The notes beneath the pieces are model-generated. The model saw only the letters and a list, made by a program, of their open reading frames with translations. It was not told the DNA's origin and did no database searches. A stretch of 64,000 nucleotides of DNA from Eledone cirrhosa (taxonomy: Eukaryota): positions 20,460,001 to 20,524,000 of the forward strand of contig OZ024762.1 in the NCBI GenBank assembly GCA_964016885.1. Direction: 5' to 3'. Position 1 is the stretch's first letter. Each line of letters starts with the position of its first letter. This document shows positions 56,567 through 64,000 of this stretch, piece after piece. A program made the translations under genes and the position numbers.

Positions 56567-57466
56567 TTTGCAAGGTTTTTGATATCAAATCGTGTGTCGA
56601 AACAAATATTGTTATACTTGGGGAGGGTCATATTGTTGTAATAATAACAAAAACACACTCACTGTTTGGTTGGTTTTCGCTTCTGTATCTTTTATATCTC
56701 CATAGTTAATTTATTTGCCAATCAATGTTTATCATTGATTGACCAATGATTAAAACCAACCAAACAGTGAGAGTGTTTTGTTATTATTACAACAATATGA
56801 CACTCCCCTAGTATAACAATATATATACATATATATATATATAAGTAGTTCCACAACAGTTAGTTCACCATACCGAGAACAAACGTTTCACCTTATTCGG
56901 ATCCTTAACTCGGTCTAAATGAAGTTGTACAAGAAAGGAAAACAGTCACTTCTCCTGGGGGAGGTAAACTGTGGATGTCCGGAATAAATTATTCAAGTGA
57001 AGGCACATAGCTTAGAGGTTTGACCATCGGGCTTACAATCATGAGGTTGTGAGTTTGATTCTCAGACAGGTCTTGTGTCCTTGAGCAAGACACTTTATTT
57101 CACGTTGCGACATGAGTTGCGACATCACTGGTGCCAATCTGTACTGGCCATTGCCTTTCCCTTGGACAACATCGGTGGCGTGGAGTGGGGAGACTGGTAT
57201 ACATGGGTGACTACTGGTCTTCCACAAACAACCTTGCCTGGACTTGTGTCTCAGAGAGGAACTTTCTAGGTCCAAATCCCATGGTCATTTGTGGCCGAAG
57301 GGGGCCTTTACCCTTTATATATAAATATATATATATATATTTATATATAATGGGTAAAGGCCCCCTTTTATATATTTATATATATTTATTACTTCTCTGA
57401 GAGATTCCTCTCACTGGGGTGTTTAAGTATTAGAGACTAATTAACCTTTAATTAATATATATATAA

Positions 57467-57527
<61 letters not shown>

Positions 57528-59999
57528 TAAAGAAAGAGTAAATAAATAAAAAAATAAATAACCAAATAAAATCATTTATTATCAAGTATCTTCTATTTCT
57601 GGAGTGTTTAGATAATGTTCATCATTCTAATCATGAAAATATCACAGAAAAAACTATATTTAAAAAATATATATATATATATACATATATATAAAAAATA
57701 GAAAAAAATTATTATTATTATTATATTTTATTTCTGTGGAGTTTATATTTGGAATTATACAGAGATATAAAACATAGTATTAGTTGGAATTCTTTGTTTG
57801 GTTGTGATGTTGGTGGCGGTGATGTTGGTGTTGGTAGTGGGGGGGGGGGGTGATGGAGGTGTTGGTGGTGGTGATGGTGGTGGTGGTGTTGGTGGTGGTG
57901 GTCATGGTGGTGGTGGTGGTGATGGTGGTGATGGTGGTGGTGGTCATGGTGGTGGTATTGGTAATGGTGGTGGTGGTGTTGGTGGCTAGCAATCAATATG
58001 AATCGGTCTACTGAGAAAGAGAGAGAAGGGGTGAGAGAATGGTGTGCGAGAGGGAGTGGGGCAAGAGATGGAGAGAAAGTGAGGGAGAGGCAAAAGAGAA
58101 TGGGACAGGAATGAGAGAAAGAGGAGGGATGGTGGAGAAGGAGGGCGAAGAGAGAAGAGGGAAGAGAGAGGGAGGTGGAGGGGTGAGAGGGAGGGGGAGA
58201 GAGAAGAGAGAGAGAGAACAAAGAAGAGAATGGAGAGAGGAGGGAAAAGGAAAGAGGGGGAAGAAGAGAGAAGAGAGAGGGGGACGGGGAAGAGAGAAGA
58301 GAGGGATGAGAGAGAGAGGGAAGAGAGAAGAGAGAGGAGGGAAGAGAGAGAGCGGAAGGGAAGAGTGAGAAACAGCAGGAAGAGAGAAAAGAGAGAGTGA
58401 GAAAGAAAGAAGAGAGGAAGGGAACGAGGGAAGAGAGAGAGGGAAGAGAGAGAGGGGGAAGAGAGAGAGGGGAGGGTGAGAGAGAGAAGAGAGAGAGGGG
58501 GAAGAGAGAGAGGGGAGGGTGAGAGAGAGAAGAGAGAGAGGGGGAAGAGAGAGAGGGGAGGGTGAGAGAGAGAAGAGAGAGAGAGGAAGAGAGAAGAGTG
58601 AGAGAGAGAGAGGGAAGAGAGAAGAGTGAGAGGAAGAGAGAAGAGAGGGAAGAGAGAGAAGGAAGAGAGAGAGAGGGGGGAGGGAGCAAGGGTAGAGAGA
58701 GAGGGAAGAGAGAGAGAGAGAGAGAGATTAGTAAACATCCAGCTATGGTTATCAGAGCAATATAGTAGAGTTTTATGTTGGATCTATTTTAGAGGATCAC
58801 AACTACTACTACTACTACTACCACCACTACTACTACCACTACTAACATTACCACTACTGCCACCACCACCACTAACACTACTACAACCACAAATACCTAC
58901 ACTACTAACACCATCACCAACACCACCACTACAACCACCACCAATACCTCCGCCATCACCACAACCATCACCAACACCACCACCACCACTACAACCACCA
59001 CCAATACCTCCACCATCACCACAACCATCACCAACACCACCACCACCACCACTACAACCAACATTGCTAACACCGTCACGATCACCACCACCTCCATCAA
59101 TACCACCACCACCAACACCACCACCACCGCCACTACAACCACCAACAACACCACCACCACCACCACCACAACCATCACCACTACAACCACCACCACCACC
59201 ACCATCACCACCACCACCACCATCACCTCCACCACCAACACCACCACCACCATCAATACCACCACCACCACCACCACAACCATCACCACCACCACCACAA
59301 CCACCAACAACACCACCACCATCAATACCACCACCACCACCACAACCATCACCACCACCACCACCACCAACAACACCACCACCATCAATACCACCACCAC
59401 CACCACCACCACCACAACCATCACCATCACCACCACCACCACCACAACCATCACCACCACCACCACAAACACCACCACCATCAATACCACCACCACAACC
59501 ATCACCACCACCACCACCACAACTACCAACACCACCACCATCAATACCACCACCACCAACACCACCACCATCAATACCACCACCACCACCACCATCAATA
59601 CCACCACCACCACCACACCACAACCATCACCAATACCACCACCATCAATACCACCACCACCACCACCACCACCACCACCACCACCACCACCAACACCACC
59701 ACCATCAATACCACCACCACCACCACCATCAATACCACCACCATCAATACCACCACCACCACCACCACCACCACCACCACCACCACCACCACCACCACAA
59801 CCATCAGACCATTCCACAGACAATATCCAGTTGGCATAAAACCAATCAACTTCCTAAAATTAGGATGATAAACTTTACGAAGAAAGAAAATTGGAATTAT
59901 TAATTATCATTTTCTGGACTATTACCCTCATAAATACAGTGTGTGTATATATATATACTGTCTTTAATGTGTATATTTATATATACACTCTCTTCAATG

Positions 60000-60082
<83 letters not shown>

Positions 60083-60292
60083 TGTCTTTAATGTGTATAT
60101 TTATATATACACTCTCTTCAATGTGTATCATCATCATCATCATCATCATTTCATTTTACACACTGTAAATGTAGTTGTCATTAGGGAGGGCATCCAGCTG
60201 TAGAAACCAACCCCAAATCAGTTCAGTGTGAGCAAATCATGGTCCCCCGACCTGATCTCTCACAAAGGGACAGCCTGTCCTAGTCATACTAG

Positions 60293-60328
<36 letters not shown>

Positions 60329-60893
60329 CTCTCTTTAATGCGTATATTTATATACACACGCTCTTCATTCTATATATGAAGGTAACTATGTCAGAGATTG
60401 TCATTATGAGAGACAGGATGCACCTACAACCAGTTTGAAAAACATTATGTTATAAATTACAAAGGGCGGTGGATTGACAGTATCAGTAGAGGGTCGGACG
60501 CCATGCTTTGCAGCAAAGAGTTACGGCCCTTTATGGTCTGAGTTCAAATCCCGCCGAGGTTGACTTTGCCTTTCATCCTTACAGGGTCGATAAAATAAAG
60601 TACCAGTAATGCACTGGGTAATTGCTGGCCTTGTGCCTAAAGTAGAGACAATTATGTTATAAATTACTGTATATAGTGTATACAGTCGAATATTAGCTGA
60701 CTCAACTATTCTATGTCTGAGAAATGGGCAAAAATCCACATCTTATTTATGTAGAATGAAAAATCGTCAAAATATTGACCCTAAATATAAGTCGACCCTT
60801 CTTGTACCATAAAATTATTGGCCACATATTCCTCAGTTTATCAAGTAAGTACATATGGTAAGTTACTCTGTACTATCTAATTAAACTTTTCAG

Positions 60894-60951
60894 TGCTGTA
60901 GATGAGATAACTCGTCCTAACATGTTTGAAACCTTTAACAACAGTTCATAA
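60894..60951 (+). CDS. Candidate terminal exon, phase-compatible with 53934-54010
   Basis: ctaattaaacttttcag|T GCT GTA GAT..: AVDEITRPNMFETFNNSS*. Confidence 0.22.
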
Positions 60952-61212
60952 CTTCAAACTTATGAAATCGTTTCCAACAGTACATAACTTGAGAGTTATG
61001 AACTCGTTTCCAACAGTTCATAACTTCAAACTTATGAACTCGTTTCCAACAGTACATAACTTGAGAGTTATGAACTCGTTTCCAATAGTACATAACTTGA
61101 GAGTTATGAACTCGTTTCCAAAAGTTCATAAATTGAGAGTTATGAACTCATTTCCAACAGTTCATAACTTCAAAGTTATGAATTCATTTCCAACAGTTCA
61201 TAATTTCAAAGC
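60940..61212. repeat. ~7.5 x 36-bp minisatellite with internal palindrome
   Basis: Unit CCAACAGTACATAACTTGAGAGTTATGAACTCGTTT; CATAACT/AGTTATG dyad. Confidence 0.92.
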
Positions 61213-61808
61213 TAGATGGGGTTACTAGTTTATTGATGTGACGTTTGTCGATCAAAATAATCATTTTAATGGAAAAAAAAAAACCAAAAAAAAAAAAAAC
61301 CAGCACAGCAACTGTAGCTGTGTAAAGTATACACAGCAGTCAACAGGTTAAGAGAAGTTAAACAAAGCTGTCAAGAGTTAATTGCAGGCCTGTCACCAAG
61401 ACTGGGCGGAGCGGGGCTGGGAGCGGATGGGGGGGCATAAATGTCCAGGAAGAAAAGGCAATGACCAATCACCCAGCTTAGCACCGGTGCCGTAACTAAA
61501 CTGGAGCCAGCCTGAAATAAAGTGTGACACTCAAAGACAGGAATCGAACTCACAAGCTCAATGATTGTGAGCTCGATACACTAACCAGAAAGGCAAATAC
61601 GTACATAGATTCACTGAGTAAACAATAGAACCAGGAAGATATGTGCCGTTGCACAACAAACATTCTAGTTCCAAAAATAGCATCAGATCTGCTAATCTAT
61701 GTATAGTCTCCTTATCAGCTTATAGTGTTGGAATAGAGAAGCAGATGTATGATGAAAGAAGGGAAAGAAATGATTTCAGATGACGAGTATACATACATAT
61801 ATATATAC

Positions 61809-61875
<67 letters not shown>

Positions 61876-62086
61876 TGTATGTGTATTTGTATATATATAT
61901 ATGTATGTGTGTATAAGTATATAGCATACATATGCATACATACACACACATATGTGTGTGTGTGTGTATGTATGGTATATTTTGTGTTGGTTAGTCAACC
62001 GATACTAGTGTGAGTATGTGCATATATATATATATATAAATACATGCACATATACATATATGCATATACATATATATGTATGTATA

Positions 62087-62120
<34 letters not shown>

Positions 62121-62172
62121 CATATATATGTATGTATATATACATATATATATATACATATATATACATATA

Positions 62173-62206
<34 letters not shown>

Positions 62207-62236
62207 CATAAATATGTATGTATATGTATGTATATG

Positions 62237-62275
<39 letters not shown>

Positions 62276-62387
62276 GTACACATATATATGTATGTATATA
62301 TATACATATATATATATATACATATATATGTATGTATATGTATATATATATATACATATATATGTATGTATATATATATATATGTAT

Positions 62388-62419
<32 letters not shown>

Positions 62420-62514
62420 GTATATATATATGTATATATATATGTATATATATATGTATATATATATGTATATATATATATATGTATATATATATGTATA
62501 TATATATGTATATG

Positions 62515-62561
<47 letters not shown>

Positions 62562-62655
62562 GTATGTATATATATGTATATGCATATATATATATATGTA
62601 TGTATATATATGTATATGTATATATATATGTATATGTATATATATATATATGTAT

Positions 62656-62687
<32 letters not shown>

Positions 62688-62700
62688 GTATATGTATATA

Positions 62701-62838
<138 letters not shown>

Positions 62839-62857
62839 CATATATATATACATATAC

Positions 62858-62892
<35 letters not shown>

Positions 62893-63164
62893 TACATATA
62901 TATATATATATACACATATATACAGATATATATATTCAGTAAGTTCAGTATCACGATACTTTCAAGTCTATCTCTGCTTCAGTGATCCAAACACAGATAA
63001 AACATGTTCTTCCCAGTGACATTTTCTCCAAAATCAAGTTTGATTCAAGCCAACATAGAGAAACGTTCACATTTGATTGTTAGAAGGAACATTACTTCAT
63101 CTTTGATCACACCATGTCAGTGTGAAGGGGAGTGCTAACGCAGCTGTCCCTGTGTCAGTTTGTG

Positions 63165-64000
63165 TGGTGTGTGCCTTAATGTATAGGTGTGGGAGTCTGT
63201 GTGTGTGTGTGTGTGTCTTAATATATATAGGTGTGGGAGTCTGTGTGTGTGTGTGTGTGTGTCTTAATATATATAGGTGTGGGATTCTGTGTGTGTATGT
63301 GTGCCTTAATATATATAGGTGTGGGAGTCTGTGTGTGTGTGTGTGTCTTAATATATATAGGTGTGGGATTCTGTGTGTGTATGTGTGCCTTAATATATAT
63401 AGGTGTGGGAGTCTGTGTGTGTGTGTGTCACGCTAGCATGGGTTAGACGGGTTGTCCTGTTGTGGGCAGTGTCTGGTCGGCTGACCATGCCTTGCTCATA
63501 CAGGAACTGATTTGGCTTGATTTCTACAGCTGGATGCCCTTCCTAACACCAACCTCATTTACAGTGAGTGCTGGGTGCTTTTTCGTGGCGCCTGCATGTC
63601 CACTTTAAAGTGTGGGCTGGGTGCTTTTTTGCCGTGGCACCTCCACGACCACCTTGCAGTGGAGGGTGTGGGGGCATATTGTCTATATGCTTCAGCTTGT
63701 ACCCATGGGAGGTCGGGTACTCTGTATTACTGCGTGACGCCAGAAGTCACGGTCGTGTGTCATTGTCTTAATATATATAGGTGTGGGAGTCTGTGTGTGT
63801 GTGTGTGTCTTAATATATATAGGTGTGGGAGTCTGTGTGTGTGTGTGTGTCTTAATATATATAGGTGTGGGAGTCTGTGTGTGTGTGTCTTAATATATAT
63901 AGGTGTGGGAGTCTGTGTGTGTGTGTCTTAATATATATAGGTGTGGGAGTCTGTGTGTGTGTGTCTTAATATATATAGGTGTGGGAGTCTGTGTGTGTGT
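63165..64000. repeat. Minisatellite CTTAATATATATAGGTGTGGGAGTCT(GT)n interrupted by an RTE family E fragment
   Basis: Directly visible; insert at 63428-63762. Confidence 0.93.

Noticed and set aside
60940-61212. 36-bp palindromic repeat resembling a CRISPR repeat
   Set aside because: Contiguous tandem units without unique spacers.
61400-61475. GC box and CCAAT motif suggesting a promoter
   Set aside because: Adjacent to a decayed SINE, no linked exon; motifs too short to be informative.
62989-63084. Acceptor followed by open frame [32 protein letters not shown]
   Set aside because: No phase-compatible upstream exon or homology; length expected by chance.

Overview
AT-rich, extremely repetitive animal DNA, most likely an octopus (inferred from repeat families and composition). 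No long protein-coding gene is visible; almost all ORF-track entries are translations of (AT)n, (CA)n, (GA)n or (ACC/GGT)n microsatellites. The window is a mosaic of two tRNA-derived SINE groups, 3' ends of at least four RTE-clade LINE families, a Tx1/L1-like 3' end, TTAA/piggyBac-type, hAT and Tc1/mariner MITEs, a non-autonomous Helitron, 5S rRNA and tRNA-Lys pseudogenes, and minisatellites that mostly derive from pieces of these elements. The strongest hidden signal is about 10 type-I hammerhead ribozyme motifs (CUGANGA...GAAA...UH) from several unrelated families. Most sit in (TA)n tracts, and four lie inside near-perfect fold-back inverted repeats, as in Penelope-like pseudo-LTRs or retrozymes. 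Also notable: an 18-copy minisatellite amplified from a CRE-type restriction-like endonuclease coding segment, a SINE assembled from two LINE 3' ends both present here, and a few weak candidate exons, one encoding a possible signal peptide. All calls are by eye; no searches were run.
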